64,000 nucleotides of DNA, taken from positions 26,377 to 90,376 of the IMG/VR virus record IMGVR_UViG_3300009009_000003. One strand, given 5' to 3'. The position numbers were made by a program, and so were the translations under genes. The first letter of the stretch is position 1; every line of letters starts with the position of its first letter. The notes beneath the pieces were generated by a model. That model was not told where the DNA came from. It saw nothing but the letters and a program-made list of their open reading frames with translations, and ran no database searches. Of the stretch, positions 1-9,313 are shown piece after piece. Source of the DNA: a virus.

Positions 1-1680
1 TTGGTGGACCATGTGCATAACGCTTATGCCGGTCATGCCTTATCAGGAGAAATACACTTTACCGAAGGTAGTATAGATCATGATAATATACAAAATGTGG
101 GAACACACAGCCATTCATCTATTGATTCCCATGTTGACGATTCTGCTATACACACAAATTCTGCTGATAAAAATAAGTGGAATGGACACATAGCTTCAGG
201 GGAAATACACTTTACAGAGGCATCCATAGATCACAGTAATATATTAAATCATGGGACTAACACCCATTCCACTATTGATAGTCACATATCTAATTCTGAT
301 ATCCATTTTGAATCGGATAAGTACGATGGGCATATTAATAGTGGAGAAATACATAGACAAATAAATGATTCTACGGTATCGGAAACATCACTTTGGTCAT
401 CAACAAAAATAAGCGGAGAAATAGCCAGTAAGGTAGGATCAGGAAGTCCAGGGGGCGGTGATGTTTCCACTGATTCTATATGGGAAGCTAAAGGTGATCT
501 AGTTGTCGGTACAGGTGACAATACCGCTGAAATTCTTAGTGCATCAACAAACGGATATGTTTTGACTTTAGATAATACCGAATCTAAGGGTGTAAAATGG
601 GCTGCTGCTGGAGCGGCCAGTATGGGATCTCTGGATGATTTAACAGATGTTGTTATTACCTCTGCTTTAGCAGGTCATTTTCTATATTGTAGTGGAGAAA
701 ATTGGGTAAACAAATCTTTCAATTATTTACCTTGTTCCATTGCTCCAGTAACTGATAATTTATATTATTTGGGAATTGATGCGACACCTAATAGAAGATG
801 GGCAAATATATATACAAAAAGTATTGATGTGAACTATCATTCTGCTTTTGGAAATTCTCATACTGGGGTAGAATCAACTAGTTGTGTACTAATAGATGAA
901 TCTCTTACTACAGGTGGGGATTTTACTTCTCTTTCTGTTTCAGCAAAATGGAATCCTTCTTCTCCTCTATCTTCCGGCGATACTATGATTGGAATTGGTG
1001 GATATACATGGTTAACTGGAAGTAAAACCACACAATTTGTAAAAGGAAGTGCTTTGATAGGTTTATCATTTGGACCTTTTTCTTTAACTAGTTCTGGGTC
1101 TGGGGAAAGTCTAATAGGAATTAAAACTTGGGGAGCTACTGGAGTTAATTGTACTATTGCTGCCTATGATGTTTACGGATTATTAGTTGCTCCTGCATCA
1201 AATCCTTTTGGATTTACTTTAAATTGTACTAATGCATATGGAGTAAAGATCGAAGATTTTTTTACTATTCCAGTTGAGAGTGCCCCAGCAGGAATAACAG
1301 CAGTTCATTACGGTCTTTATATATCGGCTTTGACTTGGGGTACAGCAAAACACCAAGTTCTTTTGGCTGGTACAGGAGCAGGAAACGGAATTAGATTTGA
1401 GGATGAGACCGGCCCTAGAATTTATGCCCATTCAGCAAATACTTTAAGAATAGATTCAGATACTATAGCAAGGATGACAATTAATGATACAGGCATTGGG
1501 TTTTTTACTGTTACCACACCTATTGCCCAAGTTGCACATATAGCAGATATGACAGTTTCTTTGGTTTCTACACAAGTGGATTCTGGTGCGGAAGTTGCTA
1601 CACAACTTAATGCTACGAACGGAAAAATAAACACCATTCTTGCCGTTCTTGAAAATTTTGGTTTTGTGGCCAAAAGTTAG
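1..1680 (+). CDS. Tail fibre-like structural protein, 5'-truncated by the window
   Basis: His-rich repeats (HxxSGEIHFTExSIDHxNI), SLDDLTDV fibre-type motif, Gly/Ser/Thr-rich beta region, C-terminal INTILAVLENFGFVA tail; directly upstream of lysis genes. Confidence 0.65.
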   Translation: MVDHVHNAYAGHALSGEIHFTEGSIDHDNIQNVGTHSHSSIDSHVDDSAIHTNSADKNKWNGHIASGEIHFTEASIDHSNILNHGTNTHSTIDSHISNSDIHFESDKYDGHINSGEIHRQINDSTVSETSLWSSTKISGEIASKVGSGSPGGGDVSTDSIWEAKGDLVVGTGDNTAEILSASTNGYVLTLDNTESKGVKWAAAGAASMGSLDDLTDVVITSALAGHFLYCSGENWVNKSFNYLPCSIAPVTDNLYYLGIDATPNRRWANIYTKSIDVNYHSAFGNSHTGVESTSCVLIDESLTTGGDFTSLSVSAKWNPSSPLSSGDTMIGIGGYTWLTGSKTTQFVKGSALIGLSFGPFSLTSSGSGESLIGIKTWGATGVNCTIAAYDVYGLLVAPASNPFGFTLNCTNAYGVKIEDFFTIPVESAPAGITAVHYGLYISALTWGTAKHQVLLAGTGAGNGIRFEDETGPRIYAHSANTLRIDSDTIARMTINDTGIGFFTVTTPIAQVAHIADMTVSLVSTQVDSGAEVATQLNATNGKINTILAVLENFGFVAKS

Positions 1681-1688
1681 GAGGATTT

Positions 1689-1964
1689 ATGGCTTTAAAA
1701 AAAGAACACATGGAAATATTAAAGGAAATACTTTCATTTTTATTTTCCAATAATCCTATGAAACATATTGAAATTTTTAAAAACTATTCTGTAGATGTTA
1801 TTATAGATGGAACGGATGAAGAAAAGATGGTTTACATAAAAAAGTATCTTCAAGAAGTTAAAGTTCCTAAATTAGAATTAGAAGAGAATGGAAGAAGGTC
1901 TTCAATAACTGAAGCTGAGGAAGCTACACTTTCAGCTAAAAGTATTTTAGAGGCTATAAAATAG
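1689..1964 (+). CDS. Hypothetical protein, possibly fibre-associated
   Basis: 91-aa ORF with GAGGA RBS directly after the fibre gene. Confidence 0.5.
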   Translation: MALKKEHMEILKEILSFLFSNNPMKHIEIFKNYSVDVIIDGTDEEKMVYIKKYLQEVKVPKLELEENGRRSSITEAEEATLSAKSILEAIK

Positions 1965-1975
1965 GCGGTGCTTCT

Positions 1976-2362
1976 ATGAACTTAAGTAGAAAAAGTATAG
2001 AAAGATTAGGTACTTGTGACACAAGACTTCAAAATTTAGTTTATGAAATAGTAAAAACAAATGGTGTTTATGTTCTTTGTGGACATAGGGGGAAAGAAGA
2101 ACAAAATAAAGCTTATTATGATGGAAAATCTAAACTTCTATTTCCTAAAAGTAAACATAATAAATGTCCGTCTTTAGCAGTTGATCTTGCTCCTGCTCCA
2201 TTACCTGATTGGGAAGATACTATAGCATTTTTAGATTTTTCTTCAATTGTATTATCAACAGCAGACCATCTAAATTATGAAATAAGATGGGGTGGTGATT
2301 GGGATATGGACGGTGAAACAGAGCAAAATGAATGGGATTATGTTCATTATGAGATTGTTTAA
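1976..2362 (+). CDS. Endolysin, peptidase M15 family (L-Ala-D-Glu peptidase-like)
   Basis: GHRGKEEQ, SKH...AVD, RWGGDW and DYVHYE zinc-peptidase motifs. Confidence 0.85.
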   Translation: MNLSRKSIERLGTCDTRLQNLVYEIVKTNGVYVLCGHRGKEEQNKAYYDGKSKLLFPKSKHNKCPSLAVDLAPAPLPDWEDTIAFLDFSSIVLSTADHLNYEIRWGGDWDMDGETEQNEWDYVHYEIV

Positions 2363-2691
2363 TGGGTAATATTGATTATAAAAAAAGTCATAGAGAAAAG
2401 GGACTTTGCTTATTTTGTAGTAATAAAGCAGAACCATTTTCTGCTTATTGCAAAGAACACAGGGAAACCCACAGAATTTCTTCTCTTAAATACAAATGGG
2501 CAAATATATATGAGATTAGAAAAAAAGATAGAAAATTAAAAGAAAAAAGAATACTAGAAGGAAAATGTTCCCATTGTGGGAAACCTCTTGATAAGGGATG
2601 GACGAACAGAATTTGTGCAAATTGCTCCTCAAACACATTTTTCTTAGGAAGGTGGGTAAGAATTGAAACTATTAGAGAAAAAAATAAATAG
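2362..2691 (+). CDS. Cys-rich zinc-finger protein
   Basis: CLFC, YCKEH, CSHCG and CANC motifs. Confidence 0.55.
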   Translation: MGNIDYKKSHREKGLCLFCSNKAEPFSAYCKEHRETHRISSLKYKWANIYEIRKKDRKLKEKRILEGKCSHCGKPLDKGWTNRICANCSSNTFFLGRWVRIETIREKNK

Positions 2692-3586
2692 AGATTCCAA
2701 TATTTTTTTATTTGGGGACCAGCATATTGATAATCCCTTATACAATAAAAGATTATTTGAAATATTTATTAATTTAATATGTTCTGAGTATGAGGGTGTT
2801 TCAGAAAAATATAATTATGGAGTTGATCACGGTGATTTTATGGAAGCAATATTAATCACTGATAAAAGGATGAGCCGTTCTCTTGCTCTAACACCCAACT
2901 TTAAAAAACAAGATTTTATATTAGGACAATTAAACCAAGCTGTTGAGGACAGAAAACCAATTAAGAATAAATTGATTACTATATTACAAGGGAATCATCC
3001 TGATAAATTATGGCAATTTGGAAATCTAACAAATCAGCTTTGCCTTTCTTTGGGTGTTCCATATGGCACATGGTTAGCAAACATAAGATTTTTAGATAAA
3101 AAAGGTGAATTTCTATTTAGACATATTTGTGAACATGGAAGAAAATCAATAAATTCTTCAGCAGATAACACAGCTAGGCAAAGAACAAATATGGAACTAA
3201 TACTACAAAGACAATTACAAAAAAAATCAGGTACAGCTTTACTGATGAGTAAAGGGCATACTCACAGAATTTTAACCAAAACCCCTGAAAATTCTTCTTA
3301 TTTAGTAGATAAGAATGGGTGGTTTATTATGAAAAGAACTAATAGCAACACACCTTATGATGGATTCATTCCTCCTGATTTTAGATGGTATTGTTCTACA
3401 GGATGCTTTTTGGAACCTTATGTACATGATATGGAAGGGTATAATGAAATGTTGGATTATGATCCATTAGAACCAGGATTTGTGGTAGCAAAAATTAGAG
3501 ATGGTGCTATAGTGGGGCTTGATGAAGTAAGGTTGCTTACTCAATCTGAAGAAAAAATAGAAGTGTGCATTGACAAAAAAACATGA
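2663..3586 (+). CDS. Calcineurin-like metallophosphoesterase
   Basis: GDQH, HGD, GNH, EHG and GHTH motifs in canonical order. Confidence 0.8.
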   Translation: MKLLEKKINRDSNIFLFGDQHIDNPLYNKRLFEIFINLICSEYEGVSEKYNYGVDHGDFMEAILITDKRMSRSLALTPNFKKQDFILGQLNQAVEDRKPIKNKLITILQGNHPDKLWQFGNLTNQLCLSLGVPYGTWLANIRFLDKKGEFLFRHICEHGRKSINSSADNTARQRTNMELILQRQLQKKSGTALLMSKGHTHRILTKTPENSSYLVDKNGWFIMKRTNSNTPYDGFIPPDFRWYCSTGCFLEPYVHDMEGYNEMLDYDPLEPGFVVAKIRDGAIVGLDEVRLLTQSEEKIEVCIDKKT

Positions 3587-3599
3587 AAGGAGAATAGAG

Positions 3600-3950
3600 A
3601 TGCCGAATGGATTCTTGGAACCGGAAGATATAAAATTACATTGTAAAGATCATAGTGGGAATATGTCTTGTCTACTAAATCTAAAGAAAGATGTGGAGGA
3701 GTTAATGATGGAAACAAAAAAGAAAGTAAATTGGACTGTGTTTACATGGATAATTGGGGGAATATGTAGTATAGGTGTATTTGTTGTATCTATTCAAATG
3801 AATTTGGCTACAGGAACAAAAGATAATTTGGCTGAATTGAAAACAACACTGATAGAAGGAACTACTGAATTAAAATCAGAATTAAGACACCAAAGAGAAA
3901 ACATGGACTGTGTTAGACAACGACTTGACCTATTGGAGAGAAACAAGTGA
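3600..3950 (+). CDS. Single-pass membrane protein with coiled coil (lysis region)
   Basis: Hydrophobic WTVFTWIIGGICSIGVFVVSI segment; AAGGAG RBS upstream of ATG 3600. Confidence 0.55.
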   Translation: MPNGFLEPEDIKLHCKDHSGNMSCLLNLKKDVEELMMETKKKVNWTVFTWIIGGICSIGVFVVSIQMNLATGTKDNLAELKTTLIEGTTELKSELRHQRENMDCVRQRLDLLERNK

Positions 3951-4006
3951 TCAGTGAAATTAAAATGTTCCTATTTTATAGGAAAGCAAGAGAGGAGGTG
4001 GTTCGA

Positions 4007-4246
4007 ATGAAGAATTGGTATGCATCAAGAACATTCTGGGCAGCAATTATAGGCATGATTGCTATGGCTCTTCCTTTACTTACAGGTGGGCATATCACCT
4101 TACCTGAAAATGAGCAAGCTCAACTGGTAGATAATATTATTAATCTCATTAATGCTATTATTCCCATTGTGTCTTTTTTGTTTATTATAATTAGAAAGAT
4201 ACTGGATTATAACAAAGAGAACAAGGAAGTTAAAAATGAAGGGTGA
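4007..4246 (+). CDS. Probable holin
   Basis: MKNWYASRTFW start, two hydrophobic segments, charged C-terminus, GAGGAGG RBS before ATG 4007. Confidence 0.6.
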   Translation: MKNWYASRTFWAAIIGMIAMALPLLTGGHITLPENEQAQLVDNIINLINAIIPIVSFLFIIIRKILDYNKENKEVKNEG

Positions 4247-4372
4247 ACTGAAGATTGAAAATCCTAATATAACAATTGAGTTCGATAGTGACATTAAGGA
4301 AACAAAGATAATTAGTGCTAATTGCATTGAACTTAAAATGTCAAGTAAACTCAGAATAAAAGGATTTGTAAA

Positions 4373-4657
4373 ATGGTTAATAGACTTACTAAAATTGCAT
4401 TGATCCTTGTTTTTATAGTGGCGTGTGGGATATCCTGTCAGGGTATCCCACAACGCACCTATGTTTACACAATAAAAAGGGATTGTTACGGAAAAGTTGA
4501 AAGAGTTACATCAAAAGGAAGTAAGATTGATATTGAGTTTGATAATGGATCTGAAGTAAAAAGAATAACCACATCATCTCATGATATTCAAATTGCTTCT
4601 ACGATTGTAAGTTTCTTTTCCAATTTAATTTCTAGTATTGTTGGTGTGTTCTCTTAA
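4373..4657 (+). CDS. Putative lipoprotein (possible spanin-like)
   Basis: Basic N-terminus, hydrophobic stretch followed by Cys (IVAC/ISC), amphipathic C-terminus; last gene of the + strand block. Confidence 0.4.
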   Translation: MVNRLTKIALILVFIVACGISCQGIPQRTYVYTIKRDCYGKVERVTSKGSKIDIEFDNGSEVKRITTSSHDIQIASTIVSFFSNLISSIVGVFS

Positions 4658-4971
4658 CCAAATGCCCCTTCATTTTTGTTTCTATCTTTCAACTCAGCAC
4701 GTTTTCCTGGGTTCCAGTTCGAAACTTTTGTCATATATCCGGTAATTCTAGTAATACCCTCTACTTCTAGCCCTTTTTTTATTGCTATAATTAGATCATC
4801 ATTTGTCATTGATTCTAATTTTTCCATTGTAATACAAGTTGCATTGTCCACATTATTATAATACCAGGGAAGATTTGTGTCTCTAAAAAGAAAGCACCTT
4901 TCTTTTTCATTATAAGACCATTCTATGTTTCTGTTTTTTTCTAAAAACAAGTCTAGTTCATCAATGCTCAT
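4654..4971 (-). CDS. Stand-alone NrdD C-terminal glycyl-radical-domain protein
   Basis: ITRITGYMTKVSNWNPGKRAELKDR matches the class III RNR C-terminal motif; only 105 aa. Confidence 0.75.
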   Translation of the reverse strand: MSIDELDLFLEKNRNIEWSYNEKERCFLFRDTNLPWYYNNVDNATCITMEKLESMTNDDLIIAIKKGLEVEGITRITGYMTKVSNWNPGKRAELKDRNKNEGAFG

Positions 4972-5143
4972 TTTTATCTCCTTTCATTTTCTCTTCTTTT
5001 TTTATATATTTTCTATAAGCTTTTCTTGTTTTAATTCCTAGCATGATCATTTCTAATTTTTGTGTTCTTTTTTTCGGATTAAAGGCTTCTTTTTTATTGT
5101 ATTTTGTTTCTATGTAGTCCATTTTACAATCCTTTTAAAAGAC

Positions 5144-5171
5144 ACCCCCTCTTACACTAATAAGAGGGGGT
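5144..5171. terminator. Hairpin terminator
   Basis: ACCCCCTCTTA-N6-TAAGAGGGGGT with an A run just before and a T run after. Confidence 0.65.
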
Positions 5172-5178
5172 TTTGAAA

Positions 5179-5577
5179 TTAGGGGATAATAACAATCTTG
5201 AAGTTGAACGGGGAACTAAAAGCATTTGAGAAGTCAAAATCACCAGTGACTTCATTGCTATTACCTGATTCAAGATTATTTACTTTATTGAAAGCAGTGC
5301 AAACAAAGTAAAGAGTTTGTATAGTTCCTTCCCATTCTGGTTTATTAAGAGTTATTTCTTCTTCATAAGAAGATTGCTGAGATACAAAATTAATATCAGA
5401 AATCTTTGTGTAAGGTCCACCAGAAGTGGTTGAATAGTACAAACGCCAACCTCCAAAATCAGGCTTTGCTGTATCAACTGTATTTTGCTCCCATTGAAAT
5501 GTTTTGGTTACAGGAGCAGCATAAGCGAATGTAGCCAGAAAAATAAAAATAATACAGGCAAATAATACTTTTTTCAT
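5179..5577 (-). CDS. Secreted fibronectin type III-like protein
   Basis: Signal peptide MKKVLF...AYA; GWRLYYSTTSGGPY and YFVCTAF...ESGNSNEV FN3 pattern. Confidence 0.7.
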   Translation of the reverse strand: MKKVLFACIIFIFLATFAYAAPVTKTFQWEQNTVDTAKPDFGGWRLYYSTTSGGPYTKISDINFVSQQSSYEEEITLNKPEWEGTIQTLYFVCTAFNKVNNLESGNSNEVTGDFDFSNAFSSPFNFKIVIIP

Positions 5578-5819
5578 ATAATCACCTCCTTTCTTTTGTT
5601 ATTTGGGCCACCTCTACCTCTTAATTGAATTCCCAATATCTTACAATAATTTACAACTGATGTAAAAGACATTCCCAAATTTTTAGCTATTTCTCTTGTT
5701 GACTCCTTTTTTATTGTATATAAATAGTCAATATATTCCGCAATTGTTTCAAATCCTTGTTCCTTAGCTATTTGTAAAACTTTTTTGTAGGTGTAAAAAT
5801 TACTTACTTTCTTTTTCAT
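5574..5819 (-). CDS. Helix-turn-helix protein
   Basis: STREIAKNLGMSFTSVVNYC HTH. Confidence 0.65.
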   Translation of the reverse strand: MKKKVSNFYTYKKVLQIAKEQGFETIAEYIDYLYTIKKESTREIAKNLGMSFTSVVNYCKILGIQLRGRGGPNNKRKEVII

Positions 5820-5822
5820 GAT

Positions 5823-6263
5823 CTACTCCATTGGAACAATAAAAGAAATTCTGTTCCCAAACGATTTACATTCATTTACAGTTGGCATCCATATATCTAC
5901 ACATCTTCTGTTTTTGGGGTTCATCCTATCTTGAAATTCAAATTCGCCCAATCCAGCTATGTATATTCTGTCCCCAAACTTTAATTTTAAATCCATTTCT
6001 ATATCTTTAGACACTGCTACATATCCTAATTTTACTCTTTTATTTGAAGCAGTTATCCATGGTGTACTATCTGTATATTTTTCTAGTGGTGGATATGCTG
6101 TTAAATCAACTTTTATAGGAACATTTTCTAATACCTTTTGTAGGTAGAAAATATCTTTTTCTAATGAATCCAACTTTTTTATACACAGGGAGAAATCAGT
6201 ATTAATAGAATATAGCATAATACCCATTAATATTAAAGCAGAAATATAGAAAATATTTTTCAT
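5823..6263 (-). CDS. Membrane-anchored 3D-domain (MltA-like) cell wall protein
   Basis: N-terminal TM; LTAY, ITAS, VAVS, FGDRIYI, DRM and CVDIWM 3D-domain motifs. Confidence 0.75.
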   Translation of the reverse strand: MKNIFYISALILMGIMLYSINTDFSLCIKKLDSLEKDIFYLQKVLENVPIKVDLTAYPPLEKYTDSTPWITASNKRVKLGYVAVSKDIEMDLKLKFGDRIYIAGLGEFEFQDRMNPKNRRCVDIWMPTVNECKSFGNRISFIVPME

Positions 6264-6286
6264 TTCTTTTCTCCTTTAGTTTAAAA

Positions 6287-6312
6287 TAAGGGGGGTTTCT
6301 AAGCCCCCCTTA
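6287..6312 (-). terminator. Hairpin terminator-like stem
   Basis: TAAGGGGGG...CCCCCCTTA stem preceded by an A run on the + strand. Confidence 0.55.
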
Positions 6313-6318
6313 AACGTG

Positions 6319-6567
6319 CTACTTGCTCTTCTTGCTAGTTTTCTTAGCCTTGATAGCAGGAGTTCCACGTTTAGTTGATTTGGTTGCTTCCTTCTTCATA
6401 TTGTCATCACCTCCTTTCTTTATAGAAATAACTGCTATTTTTGATAACTCTTTTATGAGATCATCAAAAGATTTTTTGGTCAACGTAATTGATCCATCAT
6501 CATTTTGGTTGTAAGGAATTCTGAGAACATTAGAATCGTACCATTCTTTTACTTTATAATTTTCCAT
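6319..6567 (-). CDS. Hypothetical protein with Lys-rich C-terminal tail
   Basis: 82-aa ORF with a strong internal RBS (see findings). Confidence 0.45.
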   Translation of the reverse strand: MENYKVKEWYDSNVLRIPYNQNDDGSITLTKKSFDDLIKELSKIAVISIKKGGDDNMKKEATKSTKRGTPAIKAKKTSKKSK

Positions 6568-7174
6568 TTTGGCTCTCCATTAGTTGTGAAATGTTTTTGT
6601 TTTTACTACAAATAAATGTTTTGTCTGCTGCTTGGTTTATATCCTGAGCATGGGAAACCATTAGTATTTGAATACCCAACTTCTCAGATATGGTTTTTAT
6701 CATTTCACTTACTCTAGTTTGAAGTTCCGGACTTACATTTCTAAAAGGTTCATCTAAGATTAAACAATTTCTATTTTTTCTTATTGACCAAAAAGCAATA
6801 CGAAGGGCAAACGAAACTATATCCAATACTCCACCACCAGAAGCATCAATGGGCTTATATTCTTGACCTTGTTCTTCAAACAATAAATCACATTCAGTTT
6901 TGTTTCTCCTAAGTTCAAATTTTACTTTAAAATTAGGAGGATTGTCAAACACTGAATGAAGTGCTAATGTTACAATATTAGAAATATGATATTCCAAACT
7001 AGATTGAGTTTGTCTGCCCACTGTTTGAAATATCGTTCTTACCATAGAATAATCAGATAAAAGCTTTAATGTGTCCTCCATTTTCTCTTTGTTTTTAATT
7101 AGATCATTCAGGCAAAGTTCTCTTTTTACCTTCTCCTTATCTAATATTTTTCTATATTCAGTTAAATCTCCCAT
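6554..7174 (-). CDS. sbcC: SbcC/Rad50-like ATPase, C-terminal part
   Basis: ASGGG signature, LILDEP Walker B, MVSH H-loop. Confidence 0.85.
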   Translation of the reverse strand: MGDLTEYRKILDKEKVKRELCLNDLIKNKEKMEDTLKLLSDYSMVRTIFQTVGRQTQSSLEYHISNIVTLALHSVFDNPPNFKVKFELRRNKTECDLLFEEQGQEYKPIDASGGGVLDIVSFALRIAFWSIRKNRNCLILDEPFRNVSPELQTRVSEMIKTISEKLGIQILMVSHAQDINQAADKTFICSKNKNISQLMESQNGKL

Positions 7175-7413
7175 TGGTATTCTTTCTTTAAGGCATTGAA
7201 TTTGTCTTCCAGTTCTTTTTCCAACTCAGTTAATTTTTCAGTTAGCTTGATTAAACCACCCTCAGCTTCTTCTATATTATTATAGTTAAACTGTTCTTTA
7301 AGTGTTTTCAAAAGCTCAGATAATCTCCCTTCTAGTCTTGCTTTATCCTCTTTTGCCTTATCAATCTCTTTTTCTAATTTGATTAATTCATTAATTATTT
7401 CTGTACTCTTCAT
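7162..7413 (-). CDS. Coiled-coil protein, probably the middle piece of the split SbcC
   Basis: Heptad-rich 83 aa, overlapping the SbcC C-terminal gene. Confidence 0.55.
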   Translation of the reverse strand: MKSTEIINELIKLEKEIDKAKEDKARLEGRLSELLKTLKEQFNYNNIEEAEGGLIKLTEKLTELEKELEDKFNALKKEYQWEI

Positions 7414-7714
7414 ATTTTTTCATAACTCCTGTCATTGTTTTGGGTTGTAAGTAACAAATTTTTATCTTTTTGTTTAAAGCAAAGCACATTCCAAAATCAA
7501 ATATAGTTCCAACACTTCTTTGATCCCAAAAAATATGAATTTCATCTGCCCATTCTATTAACTTTTTATTATGTAAGCAAACCTGTAACTCATCATAATT
7601 TGGGAAATCATCAAAAGCCGGTGTTTCAACAAAATTCCCCTGTGCAATCAACTCTTCTGCGTGTTCAACCATTGCTTTTTTATATGCGTGTGTTCCTATT
7701 ATGGTTATTTTCAT
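7391..7714 (-). CDS. Nucleoside deoxyribosyltransferase-like small alpha/beta protein
   Basis: KITIIG...NKKLIEWADEIHIFW...SVGTIFDFGMCFALNKKI pattern. Confidence 0.45.
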   Translation of the reverse strand: MKITIIGTHAYKKAMVEHAEELIAQGNFVETPAFDDFPNYDELQVCLHNKKLIEWADEIHIFWDQRSVGTIFDFGMCFALNKKIKICYLQPKTMTGVMKKYEEYRNN

Positions 7715-8079
7715 ATTTTCTCTTCTCCTTTTCTCCATTTTCTAACACATCTATCAGATACACCCAGTTTTTGTGTTGCTTCTTGTATGCTTCCCAAAAA
7801 AACTTCATTCCTAAATACTCTATCCACATCCTCCTTTATACACTTAAATTTAAACATTAGTTTCCTTGTTTGTTTGGATGATCTGCCTCCTATCTTATTT
7901 ATTTTTGTGTTTTTAGGCATCCAGTTAATAACTGTATCAGGACTAACCCCCAATAATTTTCCTATTTCTCTGGAAGAGAAGGATAGATTGTGGTAAAAAA
8001 AACTTAAAAAAGAATCAATGTCTCCATCAAACCCCAATTCTTTTATTTTATTAATTGCTTCCCTTTTGTGTATTCTCAT
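7711..8079 (-). CDS. Double helix-turn-helix protein
   Basis: SSREIGKLLGVSPDTVINW and SIQEATQKLGVSDRCVRKW. Confidence 0.65.
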   Translation of the reverse strand: MRIHKREAINKIKELGFDGDIDSFLSFFYHNLSFSSREIGKLLGVSPDTVINWMPKNTKINKIGGRSSKQTRKLMFKFKCIKEDVDRVFRNEVFLGSIQEATQKLGVSDRCVRKWRKGEEKI

Positions 8080-8090
8080 TTTCTTATTCC

Positions 8091-8852
8091 TTATACAAAT
8101 AATAAAGTTTGCGTACAGTGTAATCTTTCTTTTATTTTTTTATAGTAGTATTCATTTTTTTCTATTAGAATAAACCCTCGATTTAATTTTTTACAAGCTA
8201 CCCCTGTAGATCCAGAACCAGCACAGTTATCCAATACCAAATCCCCTTCGTTGGTATAGGTCTTAATTAAATACTCCATTAAAGATACTGGTTTTTGTGT
8301 TGGATGGTAACCTGTTTCCCTTTTTATTTTAATCACACTTTTTGGATAGCGAAGTCCATTATTTTGAGTTTGTTTTTTTACAATTTTCCCTGTAACTTCA
8401 CCGCTGTCACCCTTTCCACTTATGTAAGGTTTTCCGTAAGTAAACTGAGGATTGTATTTCCCCCCACCAAAAACAAGAATGTTTTCATGTGCTTTCATAG
8501 GTTGTTTCTTTGCACTTAAAAAATTTACACCTTGTTCCTTCTCCCAAATAATCTCATATTTAAACATATCAATATTACTCATCACTAAAGCACTTGTAAA
8601 AGGTTGAGAAGCGGTTAAAACTATTGCACCATTGTCTTTTATTATTCTCTTGTACTGCCTCCAAAGTGGTTCAAAAGGAATTACCGTATCCCATTTACAG
8701 GCAGTAGTTCCGTAGGGGGGGTCTGAAATTATTGCGTCTATTGATTTGTCGGGGATAAACTTCATAAGCTCAAGGCAGTCTCCCTGATGCACTTCATTTA
8801 TTTTTAGATGTCCGTTTTCTAAAATATGCATAGAATTTTTCTCAATCTTCAT
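8091..8852 (-). CDS. DNA N4-C/N6-A methyltransferase, beta class
   Basis: DPPY near the N-terminus, HPTQKP, VLDNCAGSGST. Confidence 0.9.
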   Translation of the reverse strand: MKIEKNSMHILENGHLKINEVHQGDCLELMKFIPDKSIDAIISDPPYGTTACKWDTVIPFEPLWRQYKRIIKDNGAIVLTASQPFTSALVMSNIDMFKYEIIWEKEQGVNFLSAKKQPMKAHENILVFGGGKYNPQFTYGKPYISGKGDSGEVTGKIVKKQTQNNGLRYPKSVIKIKRETGYHPTQKPVSLMEYLIKTYTNEGDLVLDNCAGSGSTGVACKKLNRGFILIEKNEYYYKKIKERLHCTQTLLFV

Positions 8853-8881
8853 AGACTTCTTTGATTGTCATTGCTGTACCT

Positions 8882-9112
8882 CTAAATAATTGTGCAATAC
8901 TTACCAAGCAAATCCTTAAAGCAGTGCTGGCATAGTTCAATAGATACCTCAGTACCATCACCAAACACAGAATCATAGCCACAGTGGTTATGAAAAAAGA
9001 GAGCTTCCTGTTTTTCCACCTCATCACCTAGAATGTCTCGACCACAAACAGAACATGTTATCCCAACAAGATCTAGTTCTTCTTTGACTACCATTCCATA
9101 CTGTCTCATCAC
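8882..9112 (-). CDS. Small Cys-rich protein, paralog A1
   Basis: CSVC...GYDSVFGDG...LCQHCFK; close paralog of 9893..10120. Confidence 0.65.
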   Translation of the reverse strand: MMRQYGMVVKEELDLVGITCSVCGRDILGDEVEKQEALFFHNHCGYDSVFGDGTEVSIELCQHCFKDLLGKYCTII

Positions 9113-9133
9113 TCATCCTCCACCGGACATACA

Positions 9134-9313
9134 TTAGTTATCCTTTCTAAATAACCACTTATCAAAGAACCAGAAGCAGCAGGCACCTATTGCCTGTGCC
9201 ACAAGCAGGTTGCCCCATAGTGGCAGTCCCTTATACTGCATATAGTCCATTGGCGGTATCATTACCAGACCAGATATTTGCCATCTCAGGTGATACAGGC
9301 CATAACGTCTCAT
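9134..9313 (-). CDS. Small membrane protein
   Basis: Likely start MRRYG at 9313 (ATGA overlap with the upstream stop); two hydrophobic segments. Confidence 0.55.
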   Translation of the reverse strand: MRRYGLYHLRWQISGLVMIPPMDYMQYKGLPLWGNLLVAQAIGACCFWFFDKWLFRKDN

